NCBI GenBank assembly: GCA_016432365.1
Contig: CP066686.1
Coordinates: 346,906 to 410,905 of the forward strand
DNA: 64,000 nt
Source of the DNA: Candidatus Woesebacteria bacterium
Lineage (GTDB): Bacteria; Patescibacteriota; Microgenomatia; UBA8517
Direction: 5' to 3'
The position numbers and the translations under genes were made by a program. This document shows positions 30,990 through 41,513 of the stretch, piece by piece; position 1 is the stretch's first letter; each line of letters opens with the position of its first letter. The notes under the pieces are model-generated. The model searched no databases and had not been told where the DNA came from. It worked only from the letters and a program-made list of their open reading frames with translations.

Positions 30990-32030
30990 TTAGCCTGTAA
31001 TTTTGGAGGCTAAGGGAATTTTGTGGATTAGGAAAGCAGCCAAAAACGAGAGTCCGAGAACCACTCCAAAAAATATCGGGTCAAAAATAATTTTCCCTAC
31101 CGGCATAGACCCAAAAGAGTTAAACAAAGATTTCCCGACAAATTTCCAAACATTTTCCAAAATGATTACATGTATAAAGAATACAAAAAACGAAGCATCC
31201 GAAAGTTTTTTACGGGGTGAAGATTTAAGATGTTCTTTGTCAAAAATATAATAAAAAATTAAGCCGAACAAAATTGTGTAAACCAAAGTACTTGGCCTGA
31301 AGTTTGAATAAAAAGTCAGGTAATTGCCGGTCTTTAAGAAATTTGTCATTCCTTCCAAAAAAATAAAGAAGCCGGTTATTGCCGCGGAACCGGCCAAAAT
31401 AAATCTCCATTTTTTTGCAGATTCCAAGATTCTGTCTTTGTTTCTCGCAGCGACCATACCTAATATAAAGACAAAATAACACATGAGAGCGGTATGCAAC
31501 GGATCGTTAAGGTGGTATGGTTTTACATAATAATCTTGCCGCAAAATATACGCTTGAGAAATAAACAAACCAATCAGAATCCATTTGTTGGCAACAAATC
31601 TGTAAATTTTGTGGAGAAGGGGAAAAACTAAATAGAAAATAAAAAGAGTTGGAATAAAATAAAGTTGGTAAGAGGCGTTACCTAAATATAAGACTTTGAA
31701 AAAATTATCGCTGTTTTGGTTATAAACAAAAAAATAATAAATAAGACTCCAAAAAATATAAGGAATTAAAATTCTACTAAAACGCTTCCTGAGATATGAA
31801 AAATAGTTAGTGTGATTTGAATAATTAAGTTCAAGTGCAAAACCCGAGACGATAAAGAATAGGGGAACTGCAAACCTTGCGATCTGGTTCAGAAAAAGAG
31901 TAAATGGAAAACCCGTTAAGTTGTCTTTTGTCGCTTCGATTGTTCGGGTTGTTGTATGAATCAAAACCACAGCAGAAATTGCGATAGCCCTCATCGCGTC
32001 CAGTGATTTAACATAGACTTTTTCGGTCAT
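30990..32030 (-). CDS. Acyltransferase 3 family membrane protein
   Basis: LDAMRAIA..VVLIH, RFAVPLFFIVSG, YQLYFI. Confidence 0.9.
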   Translation of the reverse strand: MTEKVYVKSLDAMRAIAISAVVLIHTTTRTIEATKDNLTGFPFTLFLNQIARFAVPLFFIVSGFALELNYSNHTNYFSYLRKRFSRILIPYIFWSLIYYFFVYNQNSDNFFKVLYLGNASYQLYFIPTLFIFYLVFPLLHKIYRFVANKWILIGLFISQAYILRQDYYVKPYHLNDPLHTALMCYFVFILGMVAARNKDRILESAKKWRFILAGSAAITGFFIFLEGMTNFLKTGNYLTFYSNFRPSTLVYTILFGLIFYYIFDKEHLKSSPRKKLSDASFFVFFIHVIILENVWKFVGKSLFNSFGSMPVGKIIFDPIFFGVVLGLSFLAAFLIHKIPLASKITG

Positions 32031-32040
32031 ATGAATATAT

Positions 32041-33549
32041 CTATTCGATTATTTGCTCCTCTTTCTTTGCCGACAAAAACTGAACCCACGAATCAATGAA
32101 TCCCAGTATTATTTTAAATGGCGCTTCAAGGATGAAGTCAAATGTAAATGCCAAAAAGTTTAACTTGGAAAGCCCCTGGCTTAACCTGCTTCCGATTGCC
32201 AAAATTGGCAAAGAAAGAATTTCAATAAAAGTCGCTCCCCGCGCTTCCGTTCCTTTCCATGAATATACTTTAGCGATTTGAGCGATTCTATAAGCGAAAA
32301 AGGCGATTATTGTAAGGAAGAATATGAATATAAATTTACTGAAGAAGGTGTATCCTATCCGTCCTAACGTGTAATATATTGCCCAAAAAACTCCAAAGAA
32401 AAATATGGCATAGAGAATAGAGAATAGATAGTATACAAAGTTGTGATCTCCTTCACTTTCGGAATTTCTTAAGACATCTTTTTCGTTCTTAAGAGAATCA
32501 AAATTTTCCAAAATATACCAGGCACGCTCTATTAGCGAGGCTTTTTCTTTTTTGGATGGGAGCTTAATCTGCATTGTCGTTAACCACATGAGTAAGGGTG
32601 GAAAAGTCAGGTTTACCGTCAGTGGGAGAATGCTTAAATGTCCGTAGACAAATACTTCGAATGGGACTTCCAGTCCGAACGCCAGGATCATCTTGGTAAG
32701 GAATACGTAAAAAACACTTCTGACTCCGGCTGTAGCGATTTTCCCGGACATCTGGTCAAGCTGAGTTTTTAAAACTTCTTCTGCTCGTTTATCAAATACC
32801 CCCTTTTTTGTGATCGTGCTTTTAAATTCGACCGGTGCATAAAAATATATATCTCTGAGGATTATCATTGGTGGCATTTGACGCCTGACAAATTTACTGA
32901 TTCTGGGAAGTTCTTTATGCGTTCTGGCTTGTATAAATAGTTTCCAAGCCTCTTCGAACTTGTCTCTTGTGATGGTGCCTCCTGCAAGTCCAAGTATGTG
33001 GTAGGCAATTTGTTCATCATCACTTGCCGCATAAACCTTGTCGGTCGCAAAAAATGTAATTAGGTCCAGATCCGTCCCGGTCATTGCAATTTTCTGTCGG
33101 ACTACTTGGTAGGCGAAGAAAGTAAATTGTTTATAATCGGTGTTTAAATTAAAAAGTTCTTCAATTTCGGCCGAAGCAATTTTCAAAATCCACTCTGTGG
33201 GTACAGAGCTACCGATAAAACTGACATATTTTGCAAGCACATTCTTAAGATTTGCTTTGTCGGAAACTTTTAGCTCTTCATACGAAACATATTTTGCCCA
33301 AGCAAGCTCTGTTAATAAGCGGTCGGCAATTTTTATGGGATCTTTGGTCAGAATTACTATTCTTTTTAGTATCCTTTCAATTGCTGCTCGCCTTACCAGG
33401 TTATCTGCGCGGTACTCCAAGGCATTCCTTGCTTTTTCGTATACTCCTGCTAGGGTTTCTACAAAACCATTGGAACTTTCTCTGTTTTTTTCATTAATTA
33501 TTCCGCCATAAGACAAACGCGAAAGAAGCGCAACAAGTGGTTTGTTCAT
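32041..33549 (-). CDS. Hypothetical polytopic membrane protein
   Basis: 502 aa; YEKARNALEY..RRAAIERIL; C-terminal TM segments. Confidence 0.8.
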   Translation of the reverse strand: MNKPLVALLSRLSYGGIINEKNRESSNGFVETLAGVYEKARNALEYRADNLVRRAAIERILKRIVILTKDPIKIADRLLTELAWAKYVSYEELKVSDKANLKNVLAKYVSFIGSSVPTEWILKIASAEIEELFNLNTDYKQFTFFAYQVVRQKIAMTGTDLDLITFFATDKVYAASDDEQIAYHILGLAGGTITRDKFEEAWKLFIQARTHKELPRISKFVRRQMPPMIILRDIYFYAPVEFKSTITKKGVFDKRAEEVLKTQLDQMSGKIATAGVRSVFYVFLTKMILAFGLEVPFEVFVYGHLSILPLTVNLTFPPLLMWLTTMQIKLPSKKEKASLIERAWYILENFDSLKNEKDVLRNSESEGDHNFVYYLFSILYAIFFFGVFWAIYYTLGRIGYTFFSKFIFIFFLTIIAFFAYRIAQIAKVYSWKGTEARGATFIEILSLPILAIGSRLSQGLSKLNFLAFTFDFILEAPFKIILGFIDSWVQFLSAKKEEQIIE

Positions 33550-33651
33550 TTGACAGATTGTATACCTAAAAAGCTATTATTTGCACGCAAGTGAATAAAT
33601 GTTGCGAAAAGGTAACTTGACAGTCGGTATACTTTTTGGTAGTTTATATTC

Positions 33652-34368
33652 ATGAAGTCAAGATTGGCAATAATAAGTGTAGTCATTTTTATCGGTCTGC
33701 TTTTTCATTACAATTCAGGTGTTTATGCCAGAGATTCGTCTGATACTTCGTCCGATTCAGATGAAAGTTTGGAACTGAAGACTTCACGACCGGAACGATT
33801 TATTACCGAATTTAGAACCCCGAAACCATCAGAGTCTCCTGAGCCTTCAGAGTCGCCTGAACCTTCGGAGACGCCACGAGTAAAAGGTGTGGATCGCCTG
33901 GAGAATCAGAGACTTAGATTTTGTGAGAATCATCAAGACGAAATTGATAATCATTTGACAAGTTTAGGAAATTTGGTGGCATCAATGTTAGGAAAATTTG
34001 ATTCGATTGCGGCCAAAGTGCAAGAGTTTTATACGACAAAAGTTGCACCAACCGGCAAGACAGTCGCGAACTATGCAGCATTGGTTGCGGACATTGAAGC
34101 AAAAAGAACCGCAGTTGAGACGGCTTTAGCCAATAGTCACAAGGACGTTACTAACTTTACTTGTACCGGAGAAAATCCCAAAGGGCAGATTAGGCTTTAT
34201 AGGACTGATATGCAATTAGTCAAAAAAGCTTTACAAGACTATCGAACTTCGATTAAAAATCTGATTGTAGCAATAAAGTCGGTAGTGGGGGAAACAAATC
34301 GCGAATCTCCCGAACCAAGTGAAACGCCTAAATCGACAACCAGCCCTGTTCCGACCGCAACACCGTAA
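33652..34368 (+). CDS. Hypothetical secreted helical protein with ESPEPS repeats
   Basis: Signal peptide, Pro/Ser/Glu repeats. Confidence 0.8.
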   Translation: MKSRLAIISVVIFIGLLFHYNSGVYARDSSDTSSDSDESLELKTSRPERFITEFRTPKPSESPEPSESPEPSETPRVKGVDRLENQRLRFCENHQDEIDNHLTSLGNLVASMLGKFDSIAAKVQEFYTTKVAPTGKTVANYAALVADIEAKRTAVETALANSHKDVTNFTCTGENPKGQIRLYRTDMQLVKKALQDYRTSIKNLIVAIKSVVGETNRESPEPSETPKSTTSPVPTATP

Positions 34369-34664
34369 TGAAAATGAAAAATAACCAAAAAGGAATAATA
34401 CAGTTATTATTAGTAATAGGGATTGTTGCGGTGTTAACGTTTATCGGTTATCTTTTGTACACACAAAATATGCAAAAACAAAAGATTTCTGTTTCGGCGG
34501 TTCCGTCCCCTTACCAAGTTCAGTATCAAAAAGCCGGGGATGAGGTTGCACCCGTAAAAGACTCGAGCGATTTGACCTCTGTTGATGCCACACTAGATGC
34601 AACTGACATAACTGAATTAGATACCAGCCTTAATGCTTTGGGTTCGGCTACTGCAGGCTTCTGA
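34368..34664 (+). CDS. Small protein with pilin-like leader
   Basis: NQKG|IIQLLLV class III-like signal. Confidence 0.65.
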   Translation: MKMKNNQKGIIQLLLVIGIVAVLTFIGYLLYTQNMQKQKISVSAVPSPYQVQYQKAGDEVAPVKDSSDLTSVDATLDATDITELDTSLNALGSATAGF

Positions 34665-34672
34665 AACTTTAG

Positions 34673-35038
34673 TTAAAAGAGAATCTTCAATTTTGGGAGG
34701 AATAGAAGTGCCCCGATTATTATCGACCCCATAGAAGCTACAAGTACACACGCCGCTGCGACGTCCTTGGCGATTTTTGCTTTTTCCCGAAACTCCGGAC
34801 TTATAAGATCTACTATTTCTTCGATAGATGTGTTTACAAGTTCAAGAATTAGAACAAGCGTGATAATAGCAACCAGATTAAGCCATTCGCTAAGGTTGAG
34901 TTTAAGGGCAAAGCCCAAAATAACGGCCAACATACCGATAAACAGTTGGATTTTGAAATTTCTTTCTTGAAGAATCACACCTTTTAGTCCGTTAATGGCA
35001 AATCGGAAACTTTTTAAAAGTGAGTGCCTATGCTCCAT
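34673..35038 (-). CDS. dgkA: Diacylglycerol/undecaprenol kinase
   Basis: ERNFKI, ELVNTSIEEIVD, AKIAKDVAA. Confidence 0.92.
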   Translation of the reverse strand: MEHRHSLLKSFRFAINGLKGVILQERNFKIQLFIGMLAVILGFALKLNLSEWLNLVAIITLVLILELVNTSIEEIVDLISPEFREKAKIAKDVAAACVLVASMGSIIIGALLFLPKLKILF

Positions 35039-35071
35039 ACGATATGATACCATTTTAGTATATCTCAAGCC

Positions 35072-35557
35072 ATGGAGGATCTAATTATTATTTATTTTGC
35101 AAGCTTTTTCATTTATTTCCTATTCTTAGGACTTGTTGTTTTGTGGTTTATTGACGGTAAAATCAAAAAGGAACAGGTGGTTCATGCTCTGTTTGCCTGC
35201 CTTTTTGCTTGGATAATTGCCGCTCTAATAAAGCATTTTTTCCCAACCTTACGCCCTTTTGTTGTTAATGGAGGCGAGACGGGAGTAATCTTAAGGCCTA
35301 CGGACGGAGCATTTCCCTCCGAGCATACCACCCTCGCGTTCGCTCTAGCTATAACAGTTTTTATGCATGATAGGAAAATTGGTTGGTTTTTTTTGATAGG
35401 CGCTCTTACTGTCGGAATTGCCAGGGTATTAGCCAATGTTCATTATCCGATTGATATTATTGGCGGAGCTTTCTTGGGTACGTTGGTAGCAGTAATAGTT
35501 GAAAAACTACATTTTTTGGATTTGATAAACAAACTTTCTCCAAGAAACAGGAAGTAA
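35072..35557 (+). CDS. PAP2 phosphatase (undecaprenyl-diphosphatase-like)
   Basis: K..RP, FPSEH, ARV..VHYPID. Confidence 0.9.
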   Translation: MEDLIIIYFASFFIYFLFLGLVVLWFIDGKIKKEQVVHALFACLFAWIIAALIKHFFPTLRPFVVNGGETGVILRPTDGAFPSEHTTLAFALAITVFMHDRKIGWFFLIGALTVGIARVLANVHYPIDIIGGAFLGTLVAVIVEKLHFLDLINKLSPRNRK

Positions 35558-35644
35558 AATTTGAGGGGCCTTGCCCCGTAATTTCGCCCTTGCGACGCAA
35601 ACATGGAGTATTTGGGAGCAAGTAAGAAAGTATGGGGTTGACAA

Positions 35645-35671
35645 TTAGCAGACGATCATTTAGACTGCTAA
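35645..35671 (+). promoter_or_regulatory. CIRCE-like HrcA operator upstream of lon
   Basis: TTAGCAGAC-N9-GACTGCTAA directly after TTGACA (35638-35643). Confidence 0.75.
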
Positions 35672-35679
35672 ATAATTAA

Positions 35680-38100
35680 ATGCAAAAATTGCAAAAAGAT
35701 ACAGCCAGACGCGTTCCAATAGTTCCGGTAAGAGGGACTGTCGTTTTTCCTCACACCGATACGTTAGTCTCCTTCGGACGCGCAAAAAGTATTGCCGCTG
35801 TTAATTCCGCATTTCAGGAAGACAGAGTAGTTGCTATTTTTACACAAAAAGATTCCAGAACGGAGGATCCGGGCAAGGAAGATCTTTTTGAGGTTGGCAC
35901 AATCGCGACCATCACTCAAATGATGTCTACGGACGGTGAAATTCACGCCTTGATCCGTGGGCAAGCAAGAATTAGCCTTCTCGAAATACTTACCGAAGAG
36001 CCGTTCCTTGTTGGTAAAGTTGAAGAAATCCCTGAGGAGATTGAGGTAACCCCCGAAATTTCTGTGTTGGCAAAAAATCTTCAGGAGTTATTCAAAAAAT
36101 CTATTAATTTGGGCAAACAAGCAGAAATAATGACTGTTATGAAGTTGGTCTCCGGCGGGGTCGAGCCTGTCGAAATGGTAGACCAGGTAGCATCGCTTTT
36201 GGAAGTGAAACAAAATGAAAAACAAAAGCTTTTGGAAGAATTAAATCTTAAAACACGTTTAGATAAAGTCTCGGAGTTGCTTGTAAAAGAGGTAAATGCT
36301 CTTGAAGTTGAGCGAACCATCTCATCAAAAACACAAAAGAGATTTGAGGATCAGATGAAAAAGGCCATGCTTCGGGAAAAGAAGAGAACAATTGAAGAAG
36401 AGTTGGGAGAGATGGCAGATGAGGGAGAACTAACTAATGAAGAAGCCAAAGAGTATAAAAATAAAATCAAAGAGGCCGGGATGCCTTTAGAAGTAAGAAA
36501 TAGAGCAGAAAAAGAACTTAAACGTCTAGTTAGTATGTCTCCCAACAACCCCGAGGGAGCCTATATAAGAAACTATTTAGATTGGCTTTGTGACATGCCC
36601 TGGAGCAAGGTAAGTCCCAACAATGTTGCTATGAAGAAAGCGGCCAAAATTTTGGAAGATGAGCATTTTGGAATTGACAAAGCAAAAGAGAGAATTTTGG
36701 AATTTATGGCTGTGATGAAAATTAAAAAGGCTGCCAAAATCAAAGATGGCGGGGCACATCCGACAATTCTTTGTTTCATTGGGCCCCCAGGGGTTGGTAA
36801 AACTTCAATTGGAAGATCGATTGCAAAAGCACTGAATCGTAAATTTGTCAGGGTTTCTCTTGGAGGAATCAGAGACGAAGCGGAGATTAGGGGACACAGG
36901 CGCACCTATGTCGGTGCACTTCCTGGCCGTATTGTTCAGGGAATCAAAGATGCGGGTACAAAAAATCCTGTTTTTATGTTGGATGAAATAGATAAAATCG
37001 GAGTAGATTTCCGAGGCGATCCAAGTTCTGCACTTTTGGAAGCCCTGGACCCTGAACAAAACAAAGAGTTTTCCGATCATTATTTGGAAGTTCCTTTTGA
37101 TTTGAGCGAAGTCATGTTTATTTGTACCGGAAATGTGTTGGATACAATTCCGGGTCCACTCAAAGATAGAATGGAAGTAATAACATTCCCGGGTTATACC
37201 GAAGTGGAAAAATTTCAGATTGCGAAGAAATTCCTTTGGCCCAAACAGTTAAAAGCTACGGGGTTGGAAGATAAGAAAATCGAAATAGAAGACGCCGGTC
37301 TTAAAGAGGTAATAGGTAGCTATACCAGGGAAGCCGGGGTACGTAATTTGGAAAGAAATCTGGCCTCGGTTTGCCGCAAAGTGGCAAGACTTGTCGCGGA
37401 AGGCAAAAAATACCCCAAAAAAGTTGAAGTTTCCAATATCCGTAAATTCTTAGGGAGTCATAGATTTTCGTCCCAAATTGCTGAGAAAAAAGATGAGGTG
37501 GGAGTAAGTACGGGACTTTCCGTAACTCCGTTTGGCGGCGAAATATTATTTATCGAAGTGTCTTTAATGCCGGGGAAAGGTAAGCTTACATTAACCGGAC
37601 AGTTGGGAGATGTTATGCGGGAGAGCGCCAAGGCAGCCTTCACCTGGACGCGCTCGCATTACTACGAACTAGGTCTTAAACCAAATTTTTCGGAAAATAT
37701 TGATATCCACATCCACGTTCCAGAAGGAGCGGTTCCTAAAGATGGTCCCTCAGCCGGTGTGTCGATTACTACAGCCCTAGTTTCTGCTCTCACAGGAGTT
37801 CCTGTTAAACGTGATGTGGGAATGACCGGAGAGGTTACTCTGCGCGGCCACGTACTCGAAATTGGGGGACTTAAAGAAAAATCGATTGCAGGGCACCGTG
37901 CTGGTCTAAAAACTATTATTGCTCCCAAGGAGAATAAAAAAGATTTGGATGAGTTTCCGGAGGCTGTTAAGAAAGATATTAAGTTTGTTTTTGCGGAAGA
38001 AGTAGAAGATGTACTAAAGGTAGCACTTTCGGAATGGCCGCTCAAAGTCCGCAAGGAAACAAAGTTTACTTCAATTTCCTCAACCCTTGTGGCCAATTAA
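35680..38100 (+). CDS. lon: ATP-dependent Lon protease
   Basis: LON N domain, GPPGVGKTS, RGHRRTYVG, PKDGPSAG. Confidence 0.98.
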   Translation: MQKLQKDTARRVPIVPVRGTVVFPHTDTLVSFGRAKSIAAVNSAFQEDRVVAIFTQKDSRTEDPGKEDLFEVGTIATITQMMSTDGEIHALIRGQARISLLEILTEEPFLVGKVEEIPEEIEVTPEISVLAKNLQELFKKSINLGKQAEIMTVMKLVSGGVEPVEMVDQVASLLEVKQNEKQKLLEELNLKTRLDKVSELLVKEVNALEVERTISSKTQKRFEDQMKKAMLREKKRTIEEELGEMADEGELTNEEAKEYKNKIKEAGMPLEVRNRAEKELKRLVSMSPNNPEGAYIRNYLDWLCDMPWSKVSPNNVAMKKAAKILEDEHFGIDKAKERILEFMAVMKIKKAAKIKDGGAHPTILCFIGPPGVGKTSIGRSIAKALNRKFVRVSLGGIRDEAEIRGHRRTYVGALPGRIVQGIKDAGTKNPVFMLDEIDKIGVDFRGDPSSALLEALDPEQNKEFSDHYLEVPFDLSEVMFICTGNVLDTIPGPLKDRMEVITFPGYTEVEKFQIAKKFLWPKQLKATGLEDKKIEIEDAGLKEVIGSYTREAGVRNLERNLASVCRKVARLVAEGKKYPKKVEVSNIRKFLGSHRFSSQIAEKKDEVGVSTGLSVTPFGGEILFIEVSLMPGKGKLTLTGQLGDVMRESAKAAFTWTRSHYYELGLKPNFSENIDIHIHVPEGAVPKDGPSAGVSITTALVSALTGVPVKRDVGMTGEVTLRGHVLEIGGLKEKSIAGHRAGLKTIIAPKENKKDLDEFPEAVKKDIKFVFAEEVEDVLKVALSEWPLKVRKETKFTSISSTLVAN

Positions 38101-38141
38101 AAAAACCTCCGTCTGAGAAAATTTCCCAAAAAACGGAGGTT
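38099..38141 (-). terminator. Intrinsic terminator between convergent genes
   Basis: AACCTCCGT..ACGGAGGTT with T run on the minus strand. Confidence 0.65.
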
Positions 38142-38170
38142 CATTGTAACTAGGTTACAGAAAAAGTTTG

Positions 38171-39316
38171 TTATCTGCGTTGAAGGCCTTTCAAGAAATT
38201 CCTCGTCATCGGATCATCGAGTCCGCGTATGGCAGCCTCACTTTCCTGTTTGGTGACATGTTCACCATCGAGCTGTTTGCCAAGTGCAACCAGGACGTTT
38301 CCAACGTTGGGTTCATCTCTTGTGACAGCTTCCTTGTGGCAAAAATGCGCAAAGTCATCAATTCCACCAGGACCATCGCGACGGAAGCTCGGCCATGCAC
38401 GGTCAAAGGCATCGGCATCAAGCTTGGTAAAGTGGCGTATGAATTTTGCCATTTCTGTCCAGTGGCCTGATGTAAACCATGGTCTGCCGTCTTGATAGTG
38501 CCAGCCTTTGTCATCTGTTTGGCGTGCAGCGCTTAGGATACGCCTATGTAGGGTGGTTGAAACAGGGAGTGGGGCCCAATGCCACGATTCGTAAATACTG
38601 ATTGTTTCCGGAATTGGGAGGCGGTCATATTCAGCATACTGCTTTCCCTTCCACACCTTGACGATTTTATGGTTCCAATAGGAGCCATAGTGATCGTAAG
38701 GCTCAATCACGGCCGTGTTTCGATTCCAGTTAAGGTCATACTTAATGGCAATCAGCTTTCCTTGACCAACCGAACCATAAGACCATTTTCCTTCATTACG
38801 CTTGAGGTAAGCTTCTGCTTTTTCGCCTGTGACAACTGACAATCCACCTTTAAGGAACTCTGGGTAAAGGTAGAGAATCCCATTTTCCGTATCCCATTCC
38901 TTGACCTTCATGCGGAGTTCCGGTGCGAACATTCCACGTTCCTCATCGTTGTTGAAGACGAAGGTAAAGGTGGAACCATCAACCAGTTCGTAATACGTGA
39001 CAGCGCCGCACTTTTCGCATTTATGTCCGTGCGATTGGATGCCGGTGGTGGAAATCTGTTGATGACAGGTACCGCAAATACCAAAACGAAGATTCGGAAG
39101 TTTAGCGAACCAAAGCGACCAACCGTTTATCTCCATTGTGGCAACAGGAACGCCGTCTTTCTTGCGGTAATCTGATTGGCGGAGGTCTTCAACTTCATAT
39201 CCACTCTTTCGGAGCTCTTTCAACAGGCGATTGAGGGCTTCTGGTGTTTTGGCATAAATATCCCCCATTACGTCGATGAGATCGTCATTTTTGACAGTGA
39301 GATTTAACCCTAACAT
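38171..39316 (-). CDS. Hypothetical protein with CxxC..CxxC zinc ribbon
   Basis: 381 aa, AAGGAGG RBS, CGTC/CEKC; visibly more GC-rich than its flanks. Confidence 0.85.
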   Translation of the reverse strand: MLGLNLTVKNDDLIDVMGDIYAKTPEALNRLLKELRKSGYEVEDLRQSDYRKKDGVPVATMEINGWSLWFAKLPNLRFGICGTCHQQISTTGIQSHGHKCEKCGAVTYYELVDGSTFTFVFNNDEERGMFAPELRMKVKEWDTENGILYLYPEFLKGGLSVVTGEKAEAYLKRNEGKWSYGSVGQGKLIAIKYDLNWNRNTAVIEPYDHYGSYWNHKIVKVWKGKQYAEYDRLPIPETISIYESWHWAPLPVSTTLHRRILSAARQTDDKGWHYQDGRPWFTSGHWTEMAKFIRHFTKLDADAFDRAWPSFRRDGPGGIDDFAHFCHKEAVTRDEPNVGNVLVALGKQLDGEHVTKQESEAAIRGLDDPMTRNFLKGLQRR

Positions 39317-39373
39317 TGATGCCTCCTTTAGGCCTCAAATTGAATACAGATATTAAAAATATTCTGTTTTTTG

Positions 39374-39429
39374 TGAATGTACTTAAGACACTGAGGCTGA
39401 ATGTTACTACCACCACATTTCAAAGTCAA
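39374..39429 (-). promoter_or_regulatory. Promoter plus NrtR operator
   Basis: TTGACT-17-TAACAT, then TCAGTGT-CTTAAGT-ACATTCA (39394-39374). Confidence 0.65.
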
Positions 39430-39484
39430 TTATTACAGGGTGTGTTAACTGAAGAATCACGGAGGTCGATTTGTATTTTTAGGA

Positions 39485-40135
39485 TCAGCTATTGCCTGAA
39501 TCCTCTAAAACGCCAACGCTTAAGTCTGTTCCGTCGTAATTAAAAATGAAAGTAATAGGTTTTTCTTTGTTGTTAACAATATAAAGGTTTTGACGGGAAC
39601 TGTTGGCAAAGGCTCCAGGCATAAAGCGGATGGAAACTCCATATTCCCTGGGAACATCGTTGATCTTAGCAAAGTCGTGTCTGGCAAGAGACACGGATGT
39701 AAGACCAGCATCCAAGGCAACCCAATGTATGAACGATGCTAAATGGCAGACACCGTCCCCAACTAAGTACCCGTCAGATTTAAAACCGTCATCTGAGTTA
39801 AAGTGGGCATTAGTGGTCTTGACCACGGTTTTGCTGTATTCAGGCAAAACTTGATCGTGAAAGGCAAAACCCTCTCCGGGTTTAAGGGTAAACTGGGTTT
39901 GAAACGGTTTTTCTACTTCTGGCCAGGAAATATCCTCTCTGTTCTTTACATCACCGTCCATATACCTGAGGGTTAAAAGAATGTTGTCCCTAAAGACCTC
40001 GTTTACCGAGGCTACGTTGTACCTATTTTCCATGGAATAGCTACGGGATGCCAACTCCACGCTGGAGGCTCCAGACACACGGGGGGTGTGCGGGTTAGAA
40101 ACTAAGGCCATAATTAGCAATAAGTCAGTAAACAT
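39485..40135 (-). CDS. VanW-family protein
   Basis: LKPGEGFAF, GDGVCHLAS. Confidence 0.8.
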   Translation of the reverse strand: MFTDLLLIMALVSNPHTPRVSGASSVELASRSYSMENRYNVASVNEVFRDNILLTLRYMDGDVKNREDISWPEVEKPFQTQFTLKPGEGFAFHDQVLPEYSKTVVKTTNAHFNSDDGFKSDGYLVGDGVCHLASFIHWVALDAGLTSVSLARHDFAKINDVPREYGVSIRFMPGAFANSSRQNLYIVNNKEKPITFIFNYDGTDLSVGVLEDSGNS

Positions 40136-40250
40136 AGGTAAAAAGACCCGAAGCAAGTTCAGGCGAGTGTGAATTCTATCATACTATGGGGCGGAAGTCA
40201 ACTTTAGTGGGGGAGCTTTACATCAGTCGAAGAATCGGCTAATCTGGAAT

Positions 40251-40907
40251 ATGACCAGAAAAAAGTTAACAAAAAAATTCAATTGGTTTAATTTTGCATT
40301 ATTTTTTCTAGCTTCAATTGCAGGTGTTTTTGTCCTCCAAAAATCAATTATAGGGACCACCTGTGCAAATACAGGAAGTTGTAAGGAAAGCTTGAGTCTC
40401 AAAGTTGAAAATGGAGCTGTCGGAAAATTTAACGGTCAAAAAGTAACACCTCCTCAAATAGATCTTGCGAAGAAGGAAACTCCAACCAAAGTTTTGGGTG
40501 AAGCGACTCTTACTGGAGAAAAACATATTTATGTTGATTTAACTACCCAAACCCTTTCGGCTTATCAGGGAGATACACTTTTCTTGCAAACCCTCATTTC
40601 TTCGGGCAAATCATTTCCGACGCCAACAGGTGAATTCACAATTTGGGAAATGTTGCGTGCCACGCGTATGTCCGGTGGATCAGGGGCTTTTGCATACGAT
40701 TTACCAAATGTTCCATATGTGATGTTTTATTCAGGCAGTGGAATTGCCGCGGCGCAGGGCTTTAGTCTTCATGGGACTTATTGGCACAACAACTTTGGCC
40801 ACCCCATGAGTCATGGCTGTGTAAACATGAGGACAATAGATGCAGAAAAGATTTTTTATTGGGCGGAGGTAGGAACTAAAATAACAGTATATGGACAAGC
40901 ACCTTAG
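40251..40907 (+). CDS. L,D-transpeptidase (YkuD family)
   Basis: TPTG, LHGTYWH..SHGCVNM. Confidence 0.92.
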   Translation: MTRKKLTKKFNWFNFALFFLASIAGVFVLQKSIIGTTCANTGSCKESLSLKVENGAVGKFNGQKVTPPQIDLAKKETPTKVLGEATLTGEKHIYVDLTTQTLSAYQGDTLFLQTLISSGKSFPTPTGEFTIWEMLRATRMSGGSGAFAYDLPNVPYVMFYSGSGIAAAQGFSLHGTYWHNNFGHPMSHGCVNMRTIDAEKIFYWAEVGTKITVYGQAP

Positions 40908-41508
40908 TTTTTATATCACCGCTTTTATCTTCGCAGTTATTGGTATACTCCTTCTGGTCCAGTCTGGAAAAGGGAACAACCCCAAAGTGCCGGCATTCGT
41001 AGAAGCTGTACAACCAAGCTCGTCCCCTATGAGCTTATCAATTGAAGAAGCGCTTTCGCCGGATGGCAAAAAAATTTTGATGATGAAGCAACAAGCTAAA
41101 GACGGTGTGATTACTTATACATTTTCTGTTTTGACACCCGCTGATAATTCAAAAAAAATTGTGTTTACAAAGACGTTCGGGCCTGAGACCACACTTGTGA
41201 TTCCACGCAACACTTTTTCACCCGATAATAAGTATGCTTTGTTGGCAGAAAAGAGTGGCGAAAAATTTGCATATTTTGTTATCCCACTTTTTGATTCACC
41301 AAATTTTCAAGAACCTCTAAACCTTCCTGTCATTAACGACCACTTTTATACCAAGTATCAGGATTACAAAATTACGGATGTTACAGGTTGGGGTGGTATA
41401 GGTCTTGTAGTTGTAAATACGGACATGGCTGCAGGCGGAATTGGGCCATCTTTTTGGTTTGATGTTTCAAACTCGTCTTTTATTATGCTTTCGACACGCT
41501 TCAACTAA
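40891..41508 (+). CDS. Hypothetical membrane-anchored protein
   Basis: TM segment, SPDG/SPDN propeller-like motifs. Confidence 0.75.
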   Translation: MDKHLSFYITAFIFAVIGILLLVQSGKGNNPKVPAFVEAVQPSSSPMSLSIEEALSPDGKKILMMKQQAKDGVITYTFSVLTPADNSKKIVFTKTFGPETTLVIPRNTFSPDNKYALLAEKSGEKFAYFVIPLFDSPNFQEPLNLPVINDHFYTKYQDYKITDVTGWGGIGLVVVNTDMAAGGIGPSFWFDVSNSSFIMLSTRFN

Positions 41509-41513
41509 CTGGT

